A DNA stretch of 64,000 nucleotides, from the NCBI RefSeq assembly GCF_001194135.2, contig NC_068982.1:155401442-155465441 (forward strand), given 5' to 3'. The notes beneath the pieces are model-generated. The model did not search any database, was not told the DNA's origin, and worked only from the letters and a program-made list of their open reading frames with translations. Of this stretch, positions 1-12,779 are shown piece by piece (the first letter of the stretch is position 1; each line of letters opens with the position of its first letter). Source of the DNA: Octopus bimaculoides (taxonomy: Eukaryota). The position numbers were made by a program, and so were the translations under genes.

Positions 1-235
1 AACTAAGCTAAGAGCATTAGATTCCTTGGAAGAAAACAGCGAATGTATATGAAAATAAGGACGGGAAAAAAAACGGAGAAATGTTATACAAATACAAATA
101 ACAGGACATAACAACGGGTGTCTTTCGACTAAGGACGAATTAAATTAAGCTGGCGTGTGTGGAAGTAAAGCCTTACGGCAGGGACATAACATTTGACAGG
201 CACAGGGAAGAATATAGATGTTGCACGGAGGGTGT

Positions 236-388
236 TTTCAGTTTCCATCTACCAAATTCACTTACAAGGTTTTGGGCTGCCCGAGAATATAGTAGGAGAC
301 ATTTACCCACGGTACCACGCAGTGACTCTGAACCCGGAACCATGTGGCTGGGAAGCAAGCTTCCTACCACACAGGCACGCCTGCGCCT
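236..388 (-). mobile_element. tRNA-derived SINE family B with a CORE-like domain. Other copies at about 7140-7465(-), 25500-25790(+), 25800-26185(+), 31920-32345(-), 36160-36780(+)
   Basis: A-box TGGCTGTGTGG, B-box GGTTCAGTCCC, CORE-like GGCACCTTGGGCAAGTG, then (TG)n linker; resembles described octopus SINEs (from memory). Confidence 0.8.
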
Positions 389-484
389 TGTGTGCGTGCG
401 TGTGTGTGTGCGTGCGTGTGTGTGTGCGTGCGTGTGTGTATACATATATATATATGTATACATATATATATATATATATATATA

Positions 485-1159
485 NNNNNNNNNNNNNNNN
501 NNNNNNNNNNNNNNNNNNNNNNNNNNNNNNNNNNNNNNNNNNNNNNNNNNNNNNNNNNNNNNNNNNNNNNNNNNNNNNNNNNNNNNNNNNNNNNNNNNNN
601 NNNNNNNNNNNNNNNNNNNNNNNNNNNNNNNNNNNNNNNNNNNNNNNNNNNNNNNNNNNNNNNNNNNNNNNNNNNNNNNNNNNNNNNNNNNNNNNNNNNN
701 NNNNNNNNNNNNNNNNNNNNNNNNNNNNNNNNNNNNNNNNNNNNNNNNNNNNNNNNNNNNNNNNNNNNNNNNNNNNNNNNNNNNNNNNNNNNNNNNNNNN
801 NNNNNNNNNNNNNNNNNNNNNNNNNNNNNNNNNNNNNNNNNNNNNNNNNNNNNNNNNNNNNNNNNNNNNNNNNNNNNNNNNNNNNNNNNNNNNNNNNNNN
901 NNNNNNNNNNNNNNNNNNNNNNNNNNNNNNNNNNNNNNNNNNNNNNNNNNNNNNNNNNNNNNNNNNNNNNNNNNNNNNNNNNNNNNNNNNNNNNNNNNNN
1001 NNNNNNNNNNNNNNNNNNNNNNNNNNNNNNNNNNNNNNNNNNNNNNNNNNNNNNNNNNNNNNNNNNNNNNNNNNNNNNNNNNNNNNNNNNNNNNNNNNNN
1101 NNNNNNNNNNNNNNNNNNNNNNNNNNNNNNNNNNNNNNNNNNNNNNNNNNNNNNNNNNN
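485..1159. other. Assembly gap. Other gaps: 11372-11485, 13648-13657, 22962-23192, 42434-43091, 43952-44005, 49953-50593
   Basis: N runs, mostly bordered by microsatellites or young RTE sequence. Confidence 1.
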
Positions 1160-1199
1160 AGTTATATTTTAACTTTAGTAAAAGGCGGAAGGTTATGAT

Positions 1200-1555
1200 T
1201 AGAAAACTATTCATTACATATGTCTGCTTAATCAGGGCCCATATAAAATTTTTGGGTGGCCACGCAAGCAAGGTAGCAAATTGGGTTTACACAGTAGGTA
1301 TTAAGTGTCCGTGAAAAAATTTTAATTCACAGGTATTAATTGAAAGAAACGCCTAGGTTTCTTTCTAGAGAAAGAAACCTAGCCGTTACATAGTTCAAAC
1401 TATACAAGTTAATGTGTTACAAACAAAATAGTTTTGAAGGAGGTATCTATAGAACTAGCTTGTAAACATAGAGAGGCTATGGGGGGGGGGGTCCACCAAA
1501 GTAAAATAGTGATCAAAGAGGTCCATAGATAAAAAAAAATGGTTGAGAACCAATG
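1200..1555. mobile_element. Partial related hAT MITE with an internal 40-bp palindrome (1348-1387)
   Basis: Right end ggtccatagataaaaaaaaatggttgagaaccaatg matches 12170-12208; left end not seen. Confidence 0.6.
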
Positions 1556-2054
1556 GTTTATTTTTACGGTAGTTGCAATTTTTACGCTAAGTTGTTTATT
1601 TGCAGTTTATCTACTATTTTTGAATTACTTGTTATTTCTATATGTACCATTTTACATATCTATCCATCGCAGACATAGATGATTCCTTAATATAAAGAGT
1701 AGTGTTAATATAAAGCACATGCTTATTTCCTCTTAAATTTCTCCCACCAAAATCAAAGAAGCTGCTTCTATCTGATTCTGAGAAAAATCAATTGTGAAAT
1801 AGATGGGTTTATGTGCCTTGAATGAAAGTTTTGGACAGGGCTCTTCCTCATTTCTTGAACGTCAGAACTTACCTTTTCTTTTGGTACACAAACTAAACTT
1901 ATTTTACAAATTTTATAAAATATTTGGGGGCTTTTTGTTTCTTTGTTCTAGGTTTGTCTTTTTCTTGTACCCTTGTAGACCATCGGTAAGTTATCTAGAA
2001 TTCTAGAATTTTCCTTAACAATTTTTGACTGTACTATTTTTCTATTATACATAG

Positions 2055-2639
2055 GTGTGTAAAGCTGTTGATTACTTACACAGCCAAAATATTACTCACC
2101 GTGATTTGAAGCTTGAGAACCTACTTTTAGATCAAAACTACAACATCAAAATCACTGATTTCGGTTTCGTAACAAGTAATAAAAAATGTGAGTTAAGTCA
2201 AACATACTGCGGGACTAAATCCTATGCTTCGCCAGAGATACTTCGCGGCGAACCATATGATCCACGTAAAGCGGATACATGGGCAATCGGTGTAATACTT
2301 TATATAATGGGTACCAGCCGGATGCCGTTTGATGAAAGTAGAGGAATAAAACGAATAATTGAAGACCAAAAACGGCTTAATTTGTCATGGGGTAAGACCC
2401 AGAAGATCAGCCGGGATTGTCGACACCTGCTCAAGCGTTTATTTACATACGCCTATATGAGCCGACCATCAGTGCATGACATTCTGTTAAATAAATGGTT
2501 TCATTCTGAAGCCAACAGGGAAAAACATGTCGAATATAAAGAGCGTAGAGAAATTAAGGAGAAAACAGAGGAAGTTGATAACATCGACAGCAAGGATGAA
2601 GTGAAACAGACTAAAGAGAAAAGCTCAGCCCCAAATTAA
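2055..2639 (+). CDS. TSSK: Last coding exon of a testis-specific serine/threonine kinase (TSSK family, CAMK group): kinase subdomains VIa-XI plus a charged C-terminal tail
   Basis: Acceptor ttttctattatacatag|GTGTGT, phase 0. Motifs HRDLKLENLLLD, KITDFGF, LSQTYCGTKSYASPEILRGEPYDP and DTWAIGVILYIM resemble TSSK activation-loop and P+1 segments. Stop TAA at 2637-2639. The N-lobe exon(s) are not visible and lie upstream or in the gap. Paralogue cannot be assigned. Confidence 0.88.
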   Translation: MCKAVDYLHSQNITHRDLKLENLLLDQNYNIKITDFGFVTSNKKCELSQTYCGTKSYASPEILRGEPYDPRKADTWAIGVILYIMGTSRMPFDESRGIKRIIEDQKRLNLSWGKTQKISRDCRHLLKRLFTYAYMSRPSVHDILLNKWFHSEANREKHVEYKERREIKEKTEEVDNIDSKDEVKQTKEKSSAPN

Positions 2640-2869
2640 CTCAGAGCGATAAAAGCAAAACCTTCGTAAAAAGTTTTCGTTGCACCTACCTTTTGAATGA
2701 TCGAGATGCATGTTTCATAACAACATAAAAGATGTGCTGACTTTATTCTGAATACCGTCTTAAAACTACTGAATCAAATAAGTCCCCTTATATTTACTAA
2801 AAAGCAGTGAAGTCTTCCGTTAACAATTCATTCTTTGAAAAGCCTTTACAGCTTTATATTTACAGCATC

Positions 2870-2875
2870 AATAAA
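2870..2875 (+). promoter_or_regulatory. Candidate polyadenylation signal of the TSSK gene
   Basis: AATAAA about 230 nt after the stop codon. Confidence 0.5.
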
Positions 2876-2914
2876 AACAGTTGTAACACTTATATGATAT
2901 TGCTATTGTTGTTA

Positions 2915-3170
2915 TTGCTTAGCCCAAGATCGGCCTTATGAAGTTGACCTATGATTGAAGAAATTTCAACTGTAACCATTCCAGGTTTTGTTTTGTTTTT
3001 TGTTTTTTGTTTTTTTATCTTTTTCTAGACTGCATCTAGGAATTCTTCATCCAATGTGTCATTTCTTTCTTTCTTTTTACTTTTCTTAAGAGTGCAAGGT
3101 GTGATTTGAGGGACATTTTGCTGGGTTTTTTAATGGATCGAACGGCCACATAGAGGCTCTCTCAAGGATT
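2915..3170 (-). repeat. Abundant unclassified (AAC)n-tailed short repeat. Other copies at about 10260-10540, 11570-11940, 12230-12330, 29810-29870, 33370-33590 and many between 50980 and 62220
   Basis: Shared blocks GATTTGGCTGCTATTTCTAGCAGGTCGAG, GTGTGATTTGAGGG and GACCTATGATCAAAGGCATT, ending at GTT/AAC runs. Confidence 0.7.
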
Positions 3171-3983
3171 CTGTAAGATACTTATGTTGTTGCAATGTTC
3201 TTTAAATTATGAATATTTGTTACTCAATAGTCATATGCAAAGAAAACCTTTACCACATGTCTCACAGCTAAGGCTGCATTTGTTTAAATGTTTTATTTAT
3301 ACGCAATAGTTAGGTTCGTGTTAACATTTAAAATGCAGGGAATATTAAAAAGCTAACTAAACACGATTACAAGGTGAAAACTGTCCTTCATGACGAAGTC
3401 AGTATAATACCAAACATACCTGGAATTGTCTCCTGGAATTACTGAAAAATGAAAATATAAGACATTGACTGATGTTGTTTTGTTTTCCCTAACCCCTATA
3501 ATTATTTCTAGTGTGGTTTTTAATGTCCCGTGCATTAAATATGTTATAGATATCCAAATATTTAGAAAGTTCACACTGTAAGAGATACCAAAATAACTGC
3601 TGATTAGCAGAATCGTTAAAATACTTGTGGTTAGAGACCTTTATATCCTGAGATTATATCCTACAAGACTGATAAATAAAAATACCGGTCCGAGTTTACA
3701 TCGTTGAGAACAATACAGAATGATACCGAGGGTATGAACGTTGTTGACATGTCTGTGGATATGAACGGTAGACATGACTATCCGGAAGCCATTTGAGTTA
3801 ATTGACGTAGGATGCAGCTGCGACGGCGGCGGCAGCAGCAGCAGTAGTTTGTTTTTACAACTTCAAGTTTACCAGTCTAGGTCGTATTTGATAAATCAAC
3901 TCATACATACATGCACTGCGAGAACATGAGTGTGTGTATAAATATTTTGCCCGGCACCCTAACGATTCTGCCAGCTCGCCGCC

Positions 3984-3985
<2 letters not shown>

Positions 3986-4059
<74 letters not shown>

Positions 4060-4170
4060 ATGAACTACATGAAACCTACATGAACTTCTAACTTGTTGTC
4101 TCTTGAGGTCTCTGGGTGAGACTTGGATCCAACTTGTACAAATGCAAAACAAAAGTCAAACATAAAATAA

Positions 4171-4233
<63 letters not shown>
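3986..4233. repeat. (TAA)n and (TAG)n microsatellites
   Basis: Pure triplet runs at about 3986-4058 and 4170-4233. Confidence 0.97.
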
Positions 4234-4234
4234 C

Positions 4235-4790
4235 AGCAGCAATGCCCTGACATAGTGACTTTCATGGCTTCTGATCTTAACTGACTGGAAATGTTATCAT
4301 GTACATGTTTTGTCTTGGTATAAAAAGATGGGCTACAGAAAATATTCTGCTCAGAACCACAAATTTGTTTGTCAGTTGCATGACTTTAACAGATAAGCAT
4401 GTCCTTTAGTGGCTGACGATATGTGCATCTCTGATCACGAACAGGAGTAGAGGGGAAGCACCATAACCATGTGTTGTGAGGGATTCTTTGAGGTTTGAAT
4501 AATTCACCTCTGGAAACGTGTGTGTTTCGTTCATCATTCTTAAACAAACCTTATTCAGGGACCTTTTAAACGGGATATGCTACTTAATCTGAAGGAAACT
4601 CTAACTGGGTCCCAGCTGCATAGTCATGTGCTATTTATCTTGAGATGACCATGTTGCGCATATATGGCTTTAATACATGTGCCTGGTGTACCCTTATCAG
4701 ACGAGCAGTCATGATGAGTATATTGGGGATATTTGTAGCCCAGTGTCACTTGGTGACATGCATTGCTCTCTAACTCAATGATAATAATAA
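4235..4790 (+). repeat. Unclassified probable retroposon 3' fragment ending in (AAT)n
   Basis: GC-richer block between a (TAG)n run and an AATAATAA tail; no coding motif recognised. Confidence 0.35.
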
Positions 4791-5156
4791 AACTTTCTAC
4801 TATAGGTATAAAGTCTCAAATTTTGGGGAAGGGTCTAATCGGTTAAATCGTCCCCGTTGCTCAACTGATACTAATTTCAGATTTTCAAAGAATGAAATGC
4901 AAGGTTGACTTCAGTATAATTTCAACTCAGATCATAAGGACTAACGAAATGTCGTTTTGTCCGGCATGCTAAGGATTCTGGCAGCTCACTACCCGAGAAA
5001 TAATAATGATAATAATCTTTCAAATCTTTCATCGACCCCAAAGGGATGAAAGTCAACGTTGACCTTAACGGAATTCGAACTAGGAACGTAAAGAGAGACG
5101 AAATGACACAAAGCGTTTTTCCCAATGTGCTGACGACTCTGCCACCCTGCTGCCTC

Positions 5157-7040
5157 TATTGAGGCAGAAACGTGTGCGTGGCTGTCCTCTCGTCTCCGGC
5201 AAAAATAACTCGATTCTTGAGATGATTTCTCCTCATCAGTCGAAGATGGTCACAACTGCCATTAGGTGTTTGCTTTACCTTGAATGGAGGGTAATTTTCC
5301 ATAAATCAAGAATTTATCTAATACGAGCAGAGATACCCGGCTTTGCCCGTGTCACATGGAATTGAAGAATTAGATTTTTCTTTTATATTTTCCCTAATGA
5401 ACTGGAATATCTATGATTCGAATTTCATCAAAATTGCAGATTAAGAATTTTAATGAAGGTTCTTTCCCTCTTTATGCACCCTAACGAAAATTCTAATCAT
5501 GACATATTTATCCCATACTACTCATCATTATGCCCAGATTCCAAAATCCAAATCTTATGAAACCTATTCAAAGATTTTTGCTCCTGAAAAATGGAGCACA
5601 TAAAGCTCTAAAATGTGGGAGTTAAGGCCCCTATTGGAGGGGGATCTTAAAGTCAACCAGAGTAGTTGAATTGTAGGGAATCTTTTTTAACTTGGGTCTT
5701 ATGTCTATTCTTCAAATTTCTTTGAAATTGGAAATATATGAATGTTCACTGGGTTTGTAAAAGAGAGCAAAACTACAAGAAACCAGCAGACAAATGATCA
5801 CAATAAGCAGTCAGTTACCCTACCTTAGTTGTTACCACTCACCACTGTAGAATTCCTCATCATACAGGTGACGGGCACAGCCGTAAGATGCATTACGGAT
5901 CAATAGTAATTGGAAGGGCGTGACTCAACTCAAATAAATATTAACACCTGTGTGACGTGAGAGCTAAGGGGAAATGAAAGTGTCACCTCTGGAGTTTGCC
6001 AATGATCACTATGCTGATAGGTAACTGGACAGAATAAATTTGCAATCTATAAATCTCTGAATGTCCAGTCACTTATCTGGGGAGGCCTTGAAATCAATGT
6101 TACAATCTGGGGACTATCTCTGACCCACTGATAATAAAAAGACTCAAAGGAGGTCTGCAACCAAATAACTTTACTCAAAATAACACTTTGCAACTGAATC
6201 AGTGGAGGCAAAGATGCCTCTCTTTTATTTGACGATTTATGCACCACATTGCAGAAATCACAATCTAAGTATATTTCAAAGCAAACTCTTACAGTGTTGT
6301 ACCACTGAATTACAAATAACGCTCATCTAGTAAGCTCGGGTGACTCTACAGCTTCCAAAAGTACAATTGTATTAGTCTTGGCTTAGGAAAAACGATTAAA
6401 TTGTGGGGGTTAAGCCCCCATTAAGAGGTCTTACTAACTCCTAAGAAGTTGAAATTTTAGAAATATTACTTCATTTGTATCTAATATCTATGGTTAAAAT
6501 TTCATTAACAGCAAAAATATATGAATTTCCATGGGGGTTATGGCCTCATTTATGCCCCCTCACTTTCAAACATATACTGCATTACATCCGCCCTTATGCA
6601 TAGAATATAATTTCCAAATTTCATAAAAATCCATTCAGTGCTTTTGACCGAGATTTGAATCATAAAAAATAACTAATATTTGGAAGTTAAGGCTCCCCAT
6701 TGATGTGTGTCAATTACCTATGGTTGAAATTTCATCAACATTAGAAATTTATGTATTTTCATGGGCGGTGGGGGTCTGTCCCCTTTAAGCCACCTCAAAT
6801 TCAAATCAAACATACTGCATTATAGCCACCCTTATGCATTGAATCTAAGTTCCAAATATCATAAGGATCCATTCGGTAATTTTGGTCCATGAAATTGTAT
6901 GAAACATACAGCATTACTCTTCTCCCTAGGCTTGGATTTTGTGTTCCAAATTTTATTAGGATCAGTGCAGTAGTTTTTGATTCTGTAAGTAATGCACGAA
7001 CACACATAAAGACATTGACTTTAATATAATAGATGTAAAT
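5157..7040 (+). mobile_element. Helitron/Helentron-like non-autonomous element with degenerate internal repeats of about 230 bp
   Basis: Recurrent units (ctatggtt.aaatttcat...catactgcatta...cccttatgcat...ccaaatttcataa) at about 5410, 6480 and 6710; ends taatataatagat. Confidence 0.4.
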
Positions 7041-7463
7041 ATGCACATATACATACATGTCTATGTGTGTGTGTGTTATATACACAGAAAGATAGATTGA
7101 TAGATACAACTGAGTGGGCAAACAAAAATATGAGACACTGCCTTGAAGAATTTTTTTGTCGAATGAATAAGCCTGGTACTTATTCTATCAGTCTTTTCTT
7201 ATCAAACCAGTAAGTTATGGGTATGTAAATAAACCAACAGCAGTTGTCATGCAGTGATGAGAGAGAAACAGAGACACGAAGACACACACATACACTTACA
7301 TATACACATATATATATAATTTATTTTTTTCAGTTTCTGTCTACGAAATCCACTCACAAGGCCTTGGTTGGTCTGAGGCTATAGCAGAAGAGACATGCCA
7401 AGTTACCACACAGTGGCACTGAACCCGGGACGATGTGTTTCTTACTACACAGCCACACCTGCA

Positions 7464-7529
<66 letters not shown>

Positions 7530-7649
7530 TGTGTCTGTGTGTGTGCGCGCGTGCGTGTGTGTGTGTGCGTGTGTGTGTGTGTGTGCATGTGTGTGTATGT
7601 ATGTATATGTATATGTTTGTATATATGTATGTATAAGTATATATATCAT

Positions 7650-9320
7650 CATCATTATCATCGTTTAACGTCCTCTTTCCATGCTAGCATGGGTTGGACG
7701 ATTTGACTGAGTACTGGTGAACCAGATGGCTGCACCAGGCTCCAATCTGATCTGGCAGAGTTTCTACAGCTGGATGCCCTTCCTAATGCCAACCACTCCG
7801 AGAGTGTAGTAGGTGCTTTTATGTGCCACCGGCACAAGGGCCAGTCACGCGGTACTGGCAAAGGCCACTCTCAAAATGGTGTTTTTTACGTACCACCTGC
7901 ACAGGAGCCAGTCCAACGGCACTGGCAACGATCTCGCTCGAATGATTTTCTAACGTGCCACCGGCACAAGTGCCAGTAAGGTGATGCTGGTAACGATCAC
8001 GCTCAAATGGTGTTATTTACATGCCACTAGCGCGGAAGCCAGACAGCTGCTCTGGCAATGATCACGCTCGGACGGTGCTGTTAGTGCTCCACTAGCACAG
8101 GTGCCAGTCATCGAATATGGTTCAATTACGATTTCACTTGCCCCAACAGGTCTTCGCAAGCAGAGTTTAGTGTCCAATGAAGGAGAGGTTGGCATGGGTG
8201 CCAGTCATCGAATTTGGTTCGATTTCGATTTGAAATTCATTTGGCTCAACAGGTCTTCGTAAGCAGAGTTTAGTGTCCAATAAAGTAAAGAAACGAATAA
8301 GTGAGCTGGCTACACTTCTGGCAGAGGCCACAGATTATGCTCTCACTTGGCTTGCCGGGTCTTCTCACGTACTGCATATTTCCAAAGGTCCCGGTCATTA
8401 GCCATTGCCTCGATGAGGCCTAAAGTTCGAAGGTCATGCTTCACCACCTCATCCCAGGTCTTCCTGGGCCTGCTTCTTCCACAGGTTCCCTCAACCGCTA
8501 GGGTGTGGCACTTTTTCACACAGCTATCCTCATCCATTCTTGCAACATGATCATACCAGCGCAATCGTCTCTCTTGCACACCACAACTGATGCTTCTTAG
8601 GTCTAACTTTTCTCTCAAGGTACTTACGCACTGTCGAGTATGCACACTGACATTACACATCCATTGGAGCATACTGGCTTCGTTTCTTGTGAGCTTACGC
8701 ATGTTCTCAGCAGTTACGGCCCATGTTTCACTGCCATGTAGCATGGCGGTTCGTACACATGCGTCATACAGTCTGCCTTTTACTCTGAGTGAGAGGCCCT
8801 TTGTCACCAGCAAAGGTTAGAGCTCTCTGAACTTTGCCCAGGCTATTCTTATCCTAGAAGCTACACTTTCAGCACACCCTCCCCCACTACTAACTTGGTC
8901 ACCTAGATAGCGGAAGCTATCAACAAAGTCTAGTTTTTCTCTCTGGAATGTGGCCAAAGTTGTTTTCTGCACATTTTCAGTGTTTATTGCTCCTGAACAT
9001 CTGCCACATCCAAAAAATGTTTGTTAGTTAGCCTTCCTTTGATACTGCTGCACCTCTTATGTGTCCATAGCTTACACTGGGTACATCTTATGGAGTTTCT
9101 ACCTACGCCTTTTCTACAGATCGAGCAGGGCCATCTACCTGAAGGGGTTTGTGTTTTGTCTACCTTCCTACTTATTAGGACTTTGGTTTTAGCTAAGTTG
9201 ACTCTAAGGCCCTTCAATTCTAGTCCTTGCTTCCACACCTGAAACTTCTCCTCTAGTTCTGATAGTGACTCAGCAATTAGAGCAAGGTCATCAGCATAGA
9301 GGAGCTCCCAGGGGCATCCC
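7650..9320 (-). mobile_element. 5'-truncated RTE-clade LINE (RT C-half with PHD-like insert, 3' UTR, (GAT)n tail)
   Basis: ELLYADDLALIAE near 9290, KGRLYDACVRTAMLHGSETW, RLRWY, GRSRPRKTW, stop at 8343, about 690-nt repetitive 3' UTR, tail near 7650; one frameshift near 9005. Confidence 0.92.
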
Positions 9321-9334
9321 GTACATATGTTTAC

Positions 9335-9394
9335 ATATTACATATATATCTATATACATATACATACCTATATGCAAACATAAACATATAAATC

Positions 9395-9461
<67 letters not shown>

Positions 9462-9581
9462 ATATGTATGTGTGTGTATGTGTGTGTGTGTGTGTACATA
9501 TATATACATATACATCTATATTATACATCTATATCTACATCTATACATATAAATCTATATATATACATCTACACATATACA

Positions 9582-9624
<43 letters not shown>

Positions 9625-9695
9625 CTACATATATATACATATATATACACATATATATATACATATGTGCAGATGTATACATATATAAATACATA

Positions 9696-9730
<35 letters not shown>

Positions 9731-9762
9731 TGTATGTATGTATGTATGTATGTATGTATGTG
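9335..9762. repeat. Compound (GT)n/(AT)n/(ATGT)n microsatellite. Similar tracts at 390-484, 7468-7640, 12727-12808, 13600-13700, 30830-30908, 47664-47756, 50594-50685, 60130-60630
   Basis: Direct inspection. Confidence 0.97.
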
Positions 9763-9769
9763 AAATAAT

Positions 9770-10080
9770 AGCTTCACTTTAATAGTTTCAGTATTAATAG
9801 TGAAACTATTGAAGTGAAAGTATCTGACATTACAATAGAGAGATGTTATTGTTTCACTCTTGACACGTAATATTGAAATAGTGGACGAGATAAGAGATTG
9901 CTCTGGGTTCGGATTAGGCAGGAAGTTGAAAATGTTTGGGCCCATGACACTACATGGACTCTAAGTAAGGCATGTGTAAAATTTGAATGAAATCGGTTGA
10001 ATAGTTCTCGAGTTTTAGGGATTCACACACACACACACACACACACACATTCTCATCTTTATACATATATAAATAGATAG
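9770..10080 (+). mobile_element. Short Helitron-like non-autonomous element
   Basis: End structure aaatttgaatgaaatcggttgaatagtt...(CA)n...atatataaatagat. Confidence 0.4.
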
Positions 10081-11094
10081 TATTTCATAGACGCTTAACA
10101 GACGAATAAAAGTTCAAATTTATGCTACAAGCTCGCGATTTCAGAAAAAAATACATATTAAAATAAGGTAAAACTTTTCCCCAAAACCCCCTCACACAAA
10201 ATTATACTAACAGCTGATTGGTGAATGTGAAAATGATATCCTAAACTCAACGCTCACTGTAGAATGTCCTTTATTTAAAAAGGTAGGGTGTGATTTAAGG
10301 GATATTTGACAGCTCTTTCAAGCAGTCGAGTGACAACGTGAGATATATAAGTCAGCCTTGATCAAGCAACTTTAGGACCAAAAGTGTTTCCACCAGGACC
10401 ATCCTGTCGTTTTTAAGAATATTCAAGACTACATTATTCAAATGAATGTTTTCCTTTCTCTATAGAGTAGTTATGATTTAAGGCCGATTTGGCTGCTATT
10501 TCTAGCAGGTCGAGTGATCAAGTAGAAGTTCTCTCGATCGCTTTGTATAGAGCAGCAAAGATAAAAAAAATTTTAATTCACAGTCTGAAGTAAATGCTGA
10601 TGATCAGCAACGGTAAAAATGAAACTCATTTATAAAGTTTGACAAGAAGTAGAAGCATTAAATCAAACGTTTTGGGGGTACAGTCAGTTTTCTGAGAAAA
10701 CTAACTCGATGATAATAGTGTAATTGTGTGCGCATAGGTCGGTTTTGTCCCAGGAGACCTGTGAACAAAGACATTTTAGCTTATCTCATTTATTTATTTT
10801 GTTTCATTTTGTGTTATTTTGTTTTACTTCAGATAGGGTTTTATTATCTAAGATGACGATGTCTAAAATGTTTATTTCAATTCAATTTTTGAAACACAGA
10901 TATAAATCTGAAAGAAACTTGACAACTACTAGGTGATCGAGCAAACACAAGCTCATTCGATTAGCACGAGATGTTAATTTTAGCTAGTAGTTAAACGATG
11001 ATGGTTAAGTGGGGGTTGTGAGAGAAATAAAGGCTTACGACATATTTCATTAAATATCGTGACGACAATCACATAGCATATTGAATAGTAATAG

Positions 11095-11262
11095 AGATAG
11101 TGTTGGTGGAGATAGTAGTAGAGATGGTGGTAGTAGTGGTAGGATTGTAGTAGTGAAAGAAGTAGTAGTAGTGGTCGTGGTCGTGGTCGTCGTGGTAATG
11201 GTGGTCGTGGTCGAGGTGGTGGTCGTGGTGGTGGTCGTGGTGGTGGTCGTCGTCGTCGTGGA
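11095..11262. repeat. Degenerate (GTA/GTG/GTC)n triplet tract
   Basis: Direct inspection. Confidence 0.9.
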
Positions 11263-11946
11263 AAATAAATGGTCCTTCAGTGACATTGATATCAGAAGTG
11301 GTGGCGGTAAGAGTAGTAATAGTTACTAGGTACATACAATGAAAATAATCACCCGATGATTACAACAGTGANNNNNNNNNNNNNNNNNNNNNNNNNNNNN
11401 NNNNNNNNNNNNNNNNNNNNNNNNNNNNNNNNNNNNNNNNNNNNNNNNNNNNNNNNNNNNNNNNNNNNNNNNNNNNNNNNNNNNNTATATATTTACTGGC
11501 CGACAGAATAATGCAGGTGAATTTGTAATACCTGCAAGAAATAGGTTAAAACTCAAAATTATTTGCTAACAAGCCAACAAAAGGATGCGGTCTGCTCGAC
11601 CTATCAAAATCGTACACATTTGTACACGGTGTCCTAGATATACAAATTATAGGTCGACTCTATCAGAGCTGGTCGGGAGCAAACAACAACCTAATAAACC
11701 AGCAAGAAAACTGAGACTAGGTCAATAGATTTGCTAGAAATAGAAGCCATATCTTTATCAAATCACACCCATAAAGAAAAAAAGAAAGAGTTGGAATGGT
11801 CATAGCTAGAAGGTTTTTAACTTTTAATCGTAGCTCTTCAAAATAAGGGTCTACTAGGGAGTAGCCTGATAATAACCAGGAAGCTTATATGTGGTTATCT
11901 ACCTGGCTATAGAAAGTAGTCAAATCTCTCAAATCATACCTTGAAG

Positions 11947-12208
11947 CAGTGGTTCTCAACCAGGGCTCATATGACCCTTAGGGATCTATATAAGATTTTG
12001 TTCTTAAAACTGATGTGCAAAAAATTGGTTATACTTCTTACAATACACTAAATGTTTAACAATTTGTTATGCTATTCCTAATAATATTTAAATATAAAAA
12101 TACAATAAGGTTTCTGTCAATCATTGAATGGCTGGGAGGTTCCACCCGAGTAAATTAGGAATTAAAGGGGGTCTATAGGTAACAAAAAAAAATGGTTGAG
12201 AACCACTA
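11947..12208. mobile_element. hAT (Charlie-like) MITE
   Basis: TIRs CAGTGGTTCTCAACC / GGTTGAGAACCACTA; 8-bp TSD CCTTGAAG / CCTTAAAG. Confidence 0.88.
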
Positions 12209-12725
12209 CCTTAAAGTTTTTGAAAACGGAAAAGGACGCTAGAAAACAGATAAAAAAAAAGTCACAGCTGGAAAGCTTTTGATCATATGTCGACTCGATT
12301 AGGGTTGACCTGGGGCTAAACAATAGTTTGCGGAGGGGTGTTTTTGTTTTTTGTTTTTTTTCTGCTATAGGTACAATTTTGGGAGAGGGGACGAGTCGAT
12401 TATATCGAACCCCGATGCTTAAGTGGTACTTATTTTACCGAAAGGAGTTTGAACTCAGAACACAAAGACAGAAGAAATACTGCTAAACATTTCGTCCGGC
12501 GCGCTCACAATTCCGCCAGGGCTAACTATTCCGCCACCACCACGACTGTAATAATTACTTCTGCTACCGCCACTACCATTTTAACCATGAACAATACTGC
12601 CACCACTATTATCGCTATTATACTTCACCTTTTTTTAAAAGTACTAATACCGCCACCATGACAGTGAAAGACTTTAAATAACCAGACTTGTTTTAGTATT
12701 CGGTCTCTATGTAATGGTGGTAGTA

Positions 12726-12779
<54 letters not shown>

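Noticed and set aside
1-232. Possible coding or promoter sequence at the window start
   Set aside because: Looks like a truncated interspersed-repeat end; no ORF or classifying motif
159-1314. Long ORFs in the track spanning N runs (also 22619-23297, 42267-43187, 49806-50714)
   Set aside because: Open only because N codons cannot be stops
7341-7706. VC/HT/YI/poly-L/poly-Y/poly-T ORFs (also 3901-4265, 9265-9782, 11050-11335, 13433-13841, 60053-60688)
   Set aside because: Translations of microsatellites
7790-8290. Short repeats with variable spacers, superficially CRISPR-like
   Set aside because: Degenerate, irregular units inside a LINE 3' UTR in a eukaryote; no cas genes
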